In this document: piece after piece, positions 1 to 55,125 of the stretch | Layout: each line of letters begins with the position of its first letter | Numbering within the stretch: the stretch's first letter is position 1 | Source: Balanoglossus misakiensis | Taxonomy: Eukaryota > Animalia > Hemichordata | Direction: 5' to 3' | Assembly (NCBI GenBank): GCA_040954595.2 | Contig: CM082577.2 | Coordinates: 4,824,301-4,888,300, forward strand | Length of the DNA: 64,000 nt | Notes under the pieces: generated by a model | The model's database searches: none | What the model saw: the letters and a program-made list of their open reading frames with translations, nothing else | Told to the model about the DNA's origin: nothing | Made by a program: the position numbers and the translations under genes

Positions 1-3000
1 CGATGACGCAGAGTCCTAATCACTCGACGTCTCCGGGAGTGATGCAGGCGCCTGGCATGTATCAGCAGCAGCAAAACACCAGTGGGCAGGGCGGGCAGGG
101 TATGACTGGTGGTAACACGGCTCGGGGCGCCTCTTCCCAGTTCGTGTACCCCAGTTCTCCGCTGGGACAGCCAGGAAGTCACCCATCCCCGGTCCCCTCT
201 CCGGCCACCAGCGTGCGCTCGCCGGTCAGCATCCACAGCCCCAACTCTGTACCTTCCCGGTCGCCGGCGCCGAGCCCCATCACCGTGCGTTCGCCGCTCT
301 CCGGGAACGTGAAGAGTCCGCTGGCCCTTCCGTCTCCGGGAAGCAGTACGGGGTCCGTCAAGTCGCCGCAGTCAATCCACCAGAGGTCGCCGGGTCACCC
401 GCAGCCCATATCGCCGGCCCCGAACATGCCAACTTACCGGTCAGCTCAGCCGCCTCACCCGTACGGTAACCACGGCGGCCAGGTTGTGCACGGCCACCAT
501 GACAACGCACCGAGCAAAGGTGCCCTTCCAAAACTTGAGGAAATGGTGGCTTTTTTAGGTGAGCCCTCTGCAAAAGGAACTCGAAACATGGCGTCAAAAA
601 ACTGTGATGCGGCAGCTAGCGCTGCCGAACAAGTTGACTGCGTCCCAATGGGGAACGAATGCTCAAGTCTTGCGAATGATCACAGGGAAAAATGCCAGGA
701 TAATTCGAGTATCTTGCAGAGGAAAAACAGTCTCGAAAAAGGGCAGACGGCCAGTCAGGCCGGCGGAACGAACAGTGTCCAACAGAACCGCAAACGAAAT
801 GTCGACGAATGTGACGGTCTCACGAACTCTGAACCTGCAAAGAAGCCAAAAGTTGAAACAAAGCGAAAGGATTCCTCAGACAAAGGTGGAAAAAAGCAAC
901 AACATTCAGGTGATAATGATAAAAATGGGGAGGGCTGTGTTGGCGATAAGAAAGTTGGGGAGAAAAAATCTGACATGAGTGAAACGACGACGAAGAAGTC
1001 TCCAAAAGTTGCGCCTCCCTCAAAGAAGAGGAAAACTGAGAAGGATTCTGCGGACGGCAGGAACTCGCAAGACGGTCATGCTGTGACAGAGAACAATGGA
1101 CACAACACAGAGTGTGACAATGATACAAGGAGTGTGTCTTCTTACACTGCCGCCAAAGCACAAAGGACTAACGTGCAAACCGTGTCTTCGAAAATAAAGG
1201 TGACCACCAGTAAGACGGCGAAGCAGGGGCCGAGAGTGCACTCTATTGACAGTGTGAACTGCCACGGCGCCGTGCTCCAGTACGAGCAGAATCGCGTCAA
1301 CATCGTCTTGTCGGACGGCGACTTGATCAGGGACGAGGTGGGCGACGGCGGCGGCCACGGCAACCGTCTCAGCTGCGCGTCGCCGCTGCGGAAGAACCTG
1401 AAGAACGGCAAGAGCATTTTGCCGATATCGGTGGACTGTTCGCTGGACCGCGGCGGACACATCAGCGTGGGCGGGGAGACGCGGCTGATTCATGGGGAGC
1501 ACATCGTCCTGCAGGCCAAGGAGAAGCTGAGCAGTCGGAAGAAACTGTGTGCGAACAACAAAACTCAGAAAACCCGGACGCAGGTCCTAGGAAACTGCGG
1601 GACCGAGCACGGCTGCCCCGACGAGAGCGGGGACAGCAACAAGAAGGAAACAAACAAAACTAAAAATAGGAACACTAATGGAAACGGCAAGCTCGAGTCG
1701 TCCACGCCCCCAAACAAAAACTTGTCCAACGAGATCGAGAAACAGGAAGGACATTCTGATGGAGAAGAGGACAAGGCCAGCAGGCCCTCGTGGAATCAAG
1801 AAACAAAAGTGAAACAGGAAAAGCATGAAAGTGTTGTTGTGGAGTCAGACAGTGACGGTTCTTCCATAGATTTACTTTGCCGCGAGTCGGACTTTGGCTC
1901 TTCGGATAGCAGGTCTGAATCGCCGAATATTCTTCACGAGAGGAGGAGCGCGCAAGCGAAGATCCGAACGCCGGAGCCTTGTGAGAAAAATGTCGGCCAG
2001 ACAAAAGCGACGGCCAACACTAAAGTTGAACGTGGGAAGAACGCCGCGAAGGCGACGCCAAAGAAAGAGACCGAACTCAAGGCAGGGGAGGAGAAAGGGG
2101 AGAGGTCAAGGGGTCAGGGTTCAAAAGCCAAGTCTCCCGCCGTCAACAATCCCATGATGACCCCAGGGGTCCGTAAGATTCAGAGGAAACAGAATTTGGG
2201 AAATGTCAGATTGGATGATTCCAAAGTGGACGCCGCGAGCAGTGACGCAAAGCCGGACTCTTCCAAGAAGAAAAAGACGGAGACTGCCAACGCCTGTGTG
2301 GACGCTACGAGAGTGGAAAACAGCGTTCGGCAAAGTCCCAGTGTCCCCAAGAGCAAAGGCAAGGAGGATTCGAAGGAAGTGGCCGAAAAGCGTGGGTGTG
2401 AGCCGAAAATTGAGAATCTGGGCAGTCGACCCGTGCCGTGCAGGACGTCCAGTCCCAGCACGCCCGAAGAGGGTAAAAACGACAGAACTGTGAAAACTGA
2501 GTGCGATGAAACCAAAGAGCAGACAACTCCAAGTACCTCGCCGGTCCTCACAACTCCCGTGGTGACCCCCACTGTCAAGAAAGTCGAGGAAACGGACGAT
2601 ACCCCCACCAATGCGAGCTCCACGAGCACGCCAACGAAGAAGAAACGGGGGAGGCCGGTCGGCAGCAAAAACAAGGTCAAGAAGAGTAGTAAAGGTGAAA
2701 AGAGAAAGATGGCAAAAAATGATCACGTGATGATGGGAGACAATGATTTGTTGTCTAAGCTTGAGAGTAAGTCGTCGAACAGGGGGCGTAAAAAGACAGT
2801 TGAGAAGCTTCCTGTGAGTATCCAGGGACCAGTGCTCAGAGTGTCGGGCTCGCGGAAAAGACCTCTCTCGTGTACTGTGGTGAACAATCCGGCAGTGGAG
2901 GCCATTGAAAACATACTTAGCAGTCAAAAGAAAAAGAATAAAAAATTGCTCTCCACACCTGTGAATACCGACAGACCTGCCTTGTGTAAACCCACCTCCC

Positions 3001-3602
3001 CACCCATGGTTTCCTCAGCCACTGTTATTACGTACGAGGGCCCGTGGCGCTGTGCTTTCTGTGGCAAGTCGTCAAACTCCGGCATGCTGGGGGACCTCTA
3101 CGGGCCTTACTATCCACCGGGGTACAATCTTCCCACTGAGGTGCCCAAACCTCCGACGGACCTTCACGAAGTCGATGCAGACAGTGAGAAACAGAGGGGG
3201 AGGGGAAGGGGGAGGGGGCGAGGGAAGTCGAAAGAGAGCAGGTCGTTGTCGCCGAGCCCCGGCAACTCGCAGACTCCTCTCGCGAAGGGTAAGACGGCAG
3301 ACGGGGATTCCAAGCGAATTGGAAGGCCGCCCAAGTGGATGAGCGAAGCCCAGGTTGTCTTGTCAGCGATTCCCACCGTCTACCCGAAAGGTGAGAAGGG
3401 GAAAACAACAACAGGCAAAGGATCCCAGAAGATGAAGTCTCCCCTGCCTTCACCGACTGGGGTGTCGACGTTCAAAACGGGCAGAGTGGACTCGAATGAA
3501 ATTTGGGTCCATGAAGACTGTGCCATATGGTCGGATGGGGTCTACATGGTTGGCTCGAATATGTACGGATTGCATGATGCCGTCAGGGAAGCCAGACACA
3601 TG
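1..3602 (+). CDS. TCF20: TCF20/RAI1-like giant coding exon (runs off the window 5' end)
   Basis: ORF open from position 3; ends ...EARHM at ATG|GTAAGT (donor 3603). The ORF-track tail VSCQF... is intronic. Confidence 0.9.
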
Positions 3603-4552
3603 GTAAGTTGTCAATTTGGAATGGGGGAGATTCACTGCCCAGACATGTCCCTTCACCCTTCATTCCAGTGTATATAAACAGGGTTCATCATACTTACCCT
3701 GAAAATCCTAGAATTTTAAACCGCTCCAAAGAACTCATGGAGCCTCAGTCTAGTTGAAGTTTGATCCAAAATTTGAAAATGACTGTTGAAGAGCAGTGCT
3801 CAGCTGTGTTGTATTTCAGGACCTCCGAATGGTGATTTCAAAATCTTTTAGCATGCTGTGAAGACAACAATTTGAATGGATCTCTCTGGTGTATCAGAAA
3901 GCACCAGAGTACCAACCTATCAATTAGAAGTAGACTTTATTTCCGGTTGCTGTTTCAAAGACTACAGCAAGGAAAGACCAGAATCTCTTGTACTGAGACA
4001 TTTCATTTCTGTCCTTCACCATCAGACCTGTTCATCGTGCAATCTTAAAGGTGCCTCACTGGGATGTAGGACAAAAGGATGTGAAGAAAAATATCATTAT
4101 TTATGTGCAGTCAAAGAAGGTGAGATCTTCTCTGCCGATTATGCAGCTGTCATGTTGTAAATTTGAAAAATTGCCTGTTTAATAACCAATGTTATTTCTT
4201 TTTTTCACAGCCTGTCAGCTCCAAGATGAAAACTTCTCAATACTTTGTTCAAAACACAAGGTAAATAATTCTTAGATCATTCTGTGATGTCTACAGTGCT
4301 AATTCTATTTGACTGCCTATGGTTGATAATTCTGCGTTCTTTCCACACATTTCCAAAGATTAGCAAAGAAGAAAGATAAGAATGAAATCTCGTTGAAAAC
4401 AAACCAGTTGGGCTCGGTACAATGATAGATTGCACCCAGTATTGTGTCAATAATGCCATGTTGCTTTTAAATGGAAAGAAACAGAATAATTTATAATTAT
4501 AAAATCATTTTCATTACAGAATAAAGTGGTGAAAGTAAAAGAAGCTAGTTAG
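1..4552 (+). CDS. TCF20: TCF20/RAI1-family transcriptional co-regulator, 5'-truncated; join(<1..3602,4026..4119,4211..4260,4520..4552)
   Basis: Low-complexity Ser/Pro/Lys-rich ORF with AT-hook KKKRGRPVGSKN, then CAFCGK...GDLYGPY and EIWVHEDCAIWSDGVY, spliced to TCSSCNLKGASLGCRTKGCEEKYHYLCA / CQLQDENFSILCSKHK. This is the split extended PHD typical of TCF20/RAI1. All introns are GT-AG and keep the frame. Likely the single invertebrate co-ortholog of TCF20 and RAI1. Confidence 0.88.
4026..4119 (+). CDS. TCF20: TCF20/RAI1-like ePHD exon
   Basis: ccatcag| TCSSCNLKGASLGCRTKGCEEKYHYLCAVKE |gtgag. Confidence 0.9.
4211..4260 (+). CDS. TCF20: TCF20/RAI1-like ePHD end exon
   Basis: tttttcacag| (A)CQLQDENFSILCSKHK |gtaaat. 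Confidence 0.9.
4520..4552 (+). CDS. TCF20: TCF20/RAI1-like last coding exon (NKVVKVKEAS*)
   Basis: ttttcattacag| phase-0 acceptor, 10 codons then TAG. Confidence 0.65.
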   Translation, partial: NKVVKVKEAS

Positions 4553-7200
4553 AAAATGCTGCCCAGGTCACTCTCTGATTATTTATACCGTAGGTATGTA
4601 CATTGTATCATCAAAAACACGTGTTATTTAGAAATACTGTAAAGGTTTTCTGTAAATATGTGAACAGTTGATTTGTGATACACAAAGACTGAACTTGCAT
4701 CTTCTAAGGGCCACAAGATCAACCTTACCAGGAAAATATCTGATAAGACCCATACATTCGTCAACATTTCAGTCCACTTTTCCTCCTCACCCATGCTCAT
4801 TTCCCCTTTTTTCTGTCTTTCAGTGTAGCTGCTTGTAGATTCCAGCAATTATCTTTTTCTGAAGATACTTTGTGAATAGTGAAGACTCACTCAATGACAG
4901 GGCGTAGAGAAAGCCAATTTTTTTTTGTAACTTCACTATTTAAGAAAAAAGATTTTCTGTCCTTTCAAAAATGTACAGATAATGAGTTGTTTTCTTTTCA
5001 AATGTGTGTGCATCTATTTTTTCCTTGATATCTTTACAACTAAGCTTTTTGTTGTGGCAGAAACGAAATATCGAGTCTGTTATTAATTATATTGTCCAGC
5101 CCTGTGTTTCCTTGTCTGTCATAGAATCCATGCATCTCCAGTCTTGTCAGACGGTTTTGTTATTTACGTACAGTGTGTCTAATGCTGTGTTTTCCAAATA
5201 ACTTAACAATGCAATGCTTCATACTATCAGTGATTTTTTCCCCCTAATCATGCCAGTATCGTAAGCTCTGCTAGCAGTGAAAAGTAGCCCAAGTGGAAAT
5301 GTTATCAAAAAGTGGTTCAGCAGTCATGAAAAAAAGTTGATTCAACTTTGCATATTCAAGTCTCACATTGTATATACCGTAGTACAAAAGCCCAACATCG
5401 GTATTTTTCTTTGGCGTACAGCAGATTGTATAAAAACAAAAAGAGGGACATCGTCAGTGAATTGTCGATAGAGGGCGCCCTTCTACAATGGGCAGCACTG
5501 GATTGATGACAGCGTACAGAAGGGTTGTGTATAGTGTGTATTCAATGCGTACCATGGATATAAAACTGTCAATGTCATTTCATCCTTCAAACCTCACGAA
5601 TCGTCGAAGGAAAGACATTGAGAGGAATGAAGAATCAAATATGCCAGCAAAGGCTACGATACCTCAGCACACACACTGTGTGCCAAGTGAATTTCAGCTT
5701 TTGTGCAATTTTGAAAGTGAGGGTAAAATTTTCATTTGTGTTGTAGATAACTCTGACCATAATTGCTGTAGCAAGACATGATATGGAGGACACTCAATGA
5801 GGCTGCCAAAATAAGCAGACGATTTTTACACAGTTGATTTGTGTATTAATTTGTCTTCAAAATACTGCTCCATCATATTCACTCAAAACGCTCTTCCTTG
5901 TTTTCATTTGAAAGTCTGAAAATTTTTGGCCTCTGCCATTTCCTCAGGAGTTTGCTTCTGCAAAAACAAAAAACAAACGTCTTCATGTTCTTTCCTTGTA
6001 AAGGTCAGTCTGTTGCAAGCTGTGTATTGTACCTGGTCTGAATGCTATTGCAAATGCATTGGTCAGGATCCATTTTTGCATGCCCGTCATCGTAACTGGG
6101 TTCTGTATAAGTTTCCCACCCACCAACATATTTTCAAGGCATCAGACTTTTTATCAGATTTTTTAAAAATAGTTTGAAGACCGTATACCTTGAATGTCCA
6201 CTGTTACCAATGAAGGTCTAAACTATAAATTAGTTTGATGATATGTTGAAGTCTGATTTATTGATGTTCTCTCCTCCCCCGTCCGCCCATGCTTGTGCCC
6301 TTGAAATTAATCTTCATCTGTATGCCTTGTGAAAAAAATAGTGTAAACCAAGTAAAGTTATAGACAGTCCCAGTTCTTACTGTCTATGGTGAAACGAGCC
6401 ACTTTCAAGTTTCGAATATTTATCAACTGCCGAGTGTTGATAAGAGATGTCAGCACCAAAGCCTGTGGATATATTTTTTTTATATTAACCAGAAAAAATT
6501 GCTGATATTGGTAACTGTTTTCCTTGCTTAGTTGTGTCTTTGCATTTGCCATATTGTAAAAACAAGCTGTGTTCCTTGTAGTCAGTTTATCTCAAGAAAG
6601 TTAATTAATTAAGCAATTGTCAAGGAAAATGCTGTATTTGTAATTTTGTTCATGTTTTCCTGTTCATTGCATTTTCAATTTTGTAATAATTATCAACTGC
6701 TGACATTCACCAAATGAGACTTCTGTTGTTGCAGTACAGGAGCTGAAAAATACAGCTTTTGTTTTACATTTTTTGTTTTTCACAGCTACGACAATATTGA
6801 CAGTTTTCCCGCCTTGTAATGTTTTCTTCTTTGATTTTTTCATCGATATACTTTGTTAGTAAAAATTTAAGTAAAATACAAGATATGCACTTGTGTTCGT
6901 TGTTTTTGCTATGCCCAAAATAATTGGGGGGAAATGTATCTGAAGGTGTTACATCTATCGACAAAATGGACTGTCCGTCATATATAAAACTTCCATTTCT
7001 GTAGCAAGAGCCCAGGTCCCATGACGCCTGTGTTGCGGTACTCTAGGGGGCGCTGTTTATAAAACTGGGGTTTGACTTCGACTGCAGGCAGCACTGCAGT
7101 GGATTGGTTAGGCTGCGGAACTTGTATTTTAGGTACATGACTGTGGGTACATGTACATGTACTACAAACTAGGGGTGCGTGGAGGTATCTGTGGTACAAA

Positions 7201-7206
7201 AATAAA
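7201..7206 (+). terminator. Candidate polyadenylation signal of the TCF20/RAI1-like gene
   Basis: AATAAA preceded by several TGTA elements (about 7150-7162) at the end of a ~2.6 kb U-rich UTR-like stretch. Confidence 0.4.
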
Positions 7207-8401
7207 CTAAATGTATACCCATGCCTTGCTTGTACAATTACGTCGTTCGCTTCAAGTTCCCAACGTCTCGATGGGGTAAAACAAGTCCCTTTCCTCTGGA
7301 CCACGAACTTTAAAATTCTACGACCGATTGCAATACCGGGAAGTACAGAGTTTGAGGTTCCCTGACTCGCGGAAGTACACGCATTTCGTCATGATTACTG
7401 ATAGGTGCGTTATCTGTAAACTGTGGATTTATAGCTTCGTACCATTTCAAACCGACAATCTGGGTCAGTTTCCCCTCAACAGCAGCAAGAGCGACTGCCT
7501 CTTAGTGTCCCGCATGTGCACGACATAATGCATGTAACCATGGTAACTTGGGATATGCTTTTCGTCTTTCAGTACGACACTTTTCTTTTACTGACGTCAT
7601 CGTATCTTGTTTGTGCCAAATTATGAGAACACTTGACTTCAAGACCCCGGTAACCGAGAACGATATTTAAATGAATTCCCGTGTGAATCCTTGTTTAGAC
7701 TGCGGAAAGAAAGAGTTTTAAATCGGTCAAAAGGGAGAAAAAACTTAGAACCGACAGGCAAATGTACAAATTTAAAGCACGGGGGAAGACCAGATATCCA
7801 GACTCCTGAAAATGTTGTCACGTTAGGGTTTCCGCAAAATCATCATTAAAGTGGGTGGGGCGAGAGTTACCTGCTAAACATAAGTGGGATGCATACGTTT
7901 ATAGAGTCGCGTGACAAAATCATATTAACGAAAATTTAAGAAAATACTACATGTGACACATTATGGCGATTATATTTATTGAGTTAAAGAAACAAAAACA
8001 TATGGTCCTCCTGGGTGTGTGTACACTTTTGCGATTTGGCAAACAACAAAAACGCAAACATCATATAATAAGCTTACATGGCATCGGCAAAATAAATGCG
8101 TTACAAGTCTTGACATGCATAAAATGTAAATAATGTAAATAATTCTCTTGCAATTATTCACTATTGTCTTACACCCTTTCTTGATTATGTACTTTTGTTT
8201 TATCCTGGCAATCGAAAATACGATTTTTAGTACCGACTTTTAGTACTCCTATTCCGAATTCCCCCTACCGTGCTAAACTCAACGCGCGTCAAAATTTCTG
8301 CACAAGTTAAAGCTACAAATTAGATGCGATTTACAATTTAATGACTCTTCTAGTAAAAATATGCAGCTTTTGGAATAGGCTACCCCACACACTCAGGTTA
8401 T

Positions 8402-8453
8402 AGATAAATGTTATAGATTTTTTCACGTTCACAAAAATCTATAACATTTGTCT
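8402..8453. repeat. Short inverted repeat (hairpin)
   Basis: aaatgttatagattttt (8406-8422) pairs perfectly with aaaaatctataacattt (8433-8449); 10-nt loop. Confidence 0.75.
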
Positions 8454-8566
8454 TCAGTCTGTTGAAAACCTAGTAAAAGCATTTGATCTTGCGAGTGCGC
8501 GCTTCTGCTTTCTGTGGATCTAACACAATAGTAAGGGTGACTAAAGTTAGTTTTTCGGACACGTTT

Positions 8567-8576
8567 CCTTATATGG
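8567..8576. promoter_or_regulatory. CArG box (SRF site) upstream of the myosin gene
   Basis: CCTTATATGG = CC(A/T)6GG, about 1 kb upstream of the ATG. Confidence 0.4.
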
Positions 8577-9299
8577 TAAAAACCACTACTGGTGACTCGA
8601 CTACTGGGGGAGTGTGTCTAGTCTGTGGGCCTAACCTCACCTCACCTGCACAGTTCCGATTATGACTACTGTTCGATATGCAAATTACTGACATGTGTTT
8701 CGCAAATACGAATTTCACTACTTTATATCGGCCTTGGCTGTAAAGTAGCGATCATTACCGGTAAGCTACCGGGCGTTGTACCGTGTTGTTCTGACATCAC
8801 AGACGCCTCATACAAAGGCACATATATGAGCAAAGTTTTGAATAAGAGGAGTGCTCCAACGGGAAGTGACCTTTGACTTGAATGACGTCATGTACACTCG
8901 ACTCTTCTGCAATATATCTGACAAACAGGCATAACATTCGGAACTTTGATGATTTACACTGATTAAATATGGAAATCAAGGTTGCAGAATATTTCTCAGA
9001 ACCTTGTTCACTCTCTCTTATGAATGTTTTTCATACCTGTATTGATTAAAAAGTAAAAAATGTTTTGAACTGTCAGCATTTTTCTAACGGCTATGGAAAA
9101 AACAGAGGTCACCGCGGAACAATAGCACAGGTATTTGAGGTATATACGATGATGTCATCACCGCAGTATGTTTAAGACACTGTAACGTGTTTCTTGCAAC
9201 CGCAAATAGCGGACAGCATTGTATTCTATCTTGTTTCCACTCATTTTCGAACATTCCAGTGAAGTTTCCCCCAAATTGAAGGTAAACTGGGAGCATCGG

Positions 9300-9592
9300 T
9301 TGGGCGTGGCGAGTTCAATGTAGGTCACGTGATCTGCCAATCACATAGGGCGGGCGGCGGCTAGCGTGGTGTGTACGAAGGATAGTCAGTCGTACGTTAC
9401 TCCGTACCGTAAAGCGTCAAAACACGGCGGAAGAAGTCCGAATTCGGCGCACACCATCGGTCTCTGACTGTTAACCCAGTAATTTGGAAGGATAGGGATT
9501 CTTCGGAGCTCCAGTGAACGCGATTGAGTATCAAGGAAACTAGCAAGGACTTGCCCGAGCACACAGTTGAGTTTGCATTACACTAATCCAAC
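9300..9592 (+). promoter_or_regulatory. Probable TATA-less promoter and 5'UTR of the myosin II gene
   Basis: CpG-rich; GGGCGTGG 9302, GTCACGTGA E-box 9324-9332, CCAAT 9337, GGGCGGGCGG 9348, Inr-like TCAGTC 9386; Kozak-like aacATGG at 9593. Confidence 0.6.
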
Positions 9593-52243
<42,651 letters not shown>

Positions 52244-54873
52244 ACTGCATCCAAATAAAAAAAAAACATCACTGGGAAAATAATCTACACAGAATTTATA
52301 GCAATTTTATAAGAGTATACTATTAAAGTGAGTTATTAATATTTCTCAAAAAGTGTAAAAAATCAAATGCAAGGTAGAAGTGTCCAAGCCATAGAAGTGA
52401 TTTGTTTTTTTAAGAGCATGAGTAAAGCTTTTTTTTCTTCTTGCAACTAATTACATTCTATTCTGATTTACTGTCGATTGTTCAGCTTGATTTGTGAAGA
52501 GAAAGAGCTTGGATTCAGGCATGGTTTACCGTAGGATTTTTAGACTATCAGGGAAAGGAAAGTGGGCAGAATGTCCAACCCCCCTTCCCTCCCCGGATTC
52601 CTAACAGTGGAATAGTCCTCATTTAACGTAACTTTAGGATCACACCATAGAACCCCCGGGGGTCTGATACCTCTGGTTGATATCATTGAGTGTTACGTTT
52701 ATAGTGTAGTACCCTAAAACCTGTCTTTTTATACTCTTGGTTGGCTTGGCAACGTGTTATGTAGGATTTGAATTTGACATGGTAGTTTTGAAGCAAGTTT
52801 ATAGTATTGTATTATAAATTATGACTATTTCAGGCTTATTCCAAAGATTGAAATTGATACACTACGCCACAGTAGAATCCAGATACTGATGATACAGTCA
52901 ATTGGTGTATTGTTGTTGTTGTTGTTTTTTTTTTTGTATTTTGTTGCTTTATCAACATTTAGCCCATATTAAAGAATTTCTGCCTGAAAGCTTTCTTAGT
53001 GATTAGCCCTAACCTGAAATATGTAACATTGCATTCTTCAAACTATCATGATATAGTGTATATTAAAGGCGATTATTGTTTTAGAGTAAGATATTTTGAG
53101 ATTCCCGGTTTTTGCTTGACACGCATATGCTTGTTTTATTTTCTCTCACTTTCCTTTCCCAAATCTGCTCTCCCCATGTTCTGTTTTTCTTTGTTTGTTT
53201 TAATATCAAACCTTGTGTGGTGTTAAATTGAACCCTGAAAGAACATGGTATGAGCAGAATGGCCAATTTATATAGACTTATGTAAGTAATTGATATTTTA
53301 TTAGTAGCTAACCCCAAAAATTGCATTTACAGAAAATGAAAAAAAAACACAAAGCGTATCTGGGAAAGGCATTATTTTTGCCCTGTGCGAGGAGATTATT
53401 TTTAGCAAATTCATAAATAAAGTTGATTTTCTGGGAGATGGGCTGATAAATACGACTGTAAGATGATGTACCTATATGTGCATGTTTAGCAGTAGAATAA
53501 ATCCATCAAATAATCATTTTTTACGGTATTCTAGTTACTATTTCATTATTACCGCCACTGCTTGTTTAAAAGTAGGCACGACAGGAAACTAATTTTCTTT
53601 CTTTTCTGAATCTGTCAGAAAACAAATCAGAGATGCAAGTTTTGGTATTTTATATATTTTTGGAGAAGTGTCAAATGCGAGTGTTCAAGCCACATTATAT
53701 TACATTTTCTGTGTGTTGTCTGTCAGTACGGGACAGAGAGGACCGTGGGATCAAAATGAGAGGGGAGGAAGTGTTGTTTCAATATAAAAAAAAAGTGGAG
53801 AGAGCTAGTTGCTTCCATCCAGTTTTGTCTAGCACCAACATCCAATCCAAAATTTCAGTTTCAACTGTAGGCAAAGTCCAGTTCTGTTTGTATCGTAAGG
53901 TTTTTTGAAACGGGCAATACGTTGCACAGTCTGCTAGCTGCTGTGAACAACTTCTGCCTGGGAAAGCGAAAGAATGCGATATTTGACACCATCACCCCTC
54001 TTTCCTGGGTTAATGGTACATTCCATTGATGGTGAAATACTTGATAAGGTCTTGTTCCATTAGAAAGACAGGGGGGCAGTTTGCTGGTTTTGTGAAATTT
54101 TGCTTTTACGCAAAATGTAAGAATAAGCTACTTTTAAAGTTGTTCCCGATGTCAATTTTGTTTTGATTGAGAAATTTGTCAGTTTCAGATCATAGTTCAG
54201 CGTAGGATAAAAAGTGTTTTGGTTCGAGATATTTCACACTTTCTCTGACGTTTGTTCAAATAATTGTAGACATTGCTTGGGTCATCTCTTGCATCAAGAC
54301 ACTTGATTTCAGATCATGTAATTCAACAAAACGAGAGTTTGTAAACAGTGATTTACCGAGATTTTGAAATCGTTTAGATATGGGTGCTAGGTAACATTGT
54401 TTGGGTTGGGGAATTGGGAAGGTTGGGGTGGGGGTTGAAGACCGCATCAAATGTAGTGGGTAGATTTTGATGGCTTTATGCAGTATACAAAAAAAGTGAA
54501 ATGACTTTACCCTGATTATTAGATATTTGTGTACAAGACTATGTCATTCAAGAACAGATGTAGAAAACTCTCACCACATGTGTGTGTAATAGCACGCATA
54601 TCAATTTGAGATCTATCACCGAGTTTGAAATGCCTGCAACAGTTTATGTACTGTCCACTTGTCTGGCTGCATAAAATGTTACAGATTTTATTAACTGGTT
54701 TGGTGGGTTGAATTGTTTCTTCAAACTGACATAGTCTGAGCAGAATGATGATTGGGGGGAATATAGAGTATGTCCTATAGAATACTTCAATATCTATAGC
54801 AGAAAGCGTATTGCCTGCATTTACAAACATTGTATTGCATAGAAATACAAACATTTTTTGGTGTTTTTTTAAT

Positions 54874-55020
54874 AATAAAATTTAGATGGTGTATCCGTAT
54901 GATAGGCTTCTTGACCCAGCATATTGTATACAAGTCTCACTATGTTAACGTCTGTGATAACTGCATTAAATTTCAATATAAAATGTTTTTGTCTGTGTCT
55001 TGTCTCTGTCATGTTTTGAG
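54874..55020 (+). terminator. Candidate distal poly(A) region of the myosin gene
   Basis: AATAAA ~54874, ATTAAA ~54965 followed by GU/U-rich tgtttttgtctgtgtcttgtctctgtc; more proximal AATAAA at 52254, ~53415 and ~53496. Confidence 0.4.
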
Positions 55021-55125
55021 TGCGCAAGGTGTGGTTTGTTCATGTCAAAACCAGGCCCCATTCACTAGACCATTTTATAGCTGGCCTGTTATGAGGGACA
55101 GCTCTGCCACATTACAGACGGATGC

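Noticed and set aside
109-3656. Overlapping and antisense ORFs within the TCF20-like exon (and opposite myosin exons)
   Set aside because: Shadow frames of GC-richer coding sequence with no recognisable domains.
3603-3677. C-terminal extension of the 1224-aa ORF
   Set aside because: Intron read-through; the ePHD continues in downstream exons.
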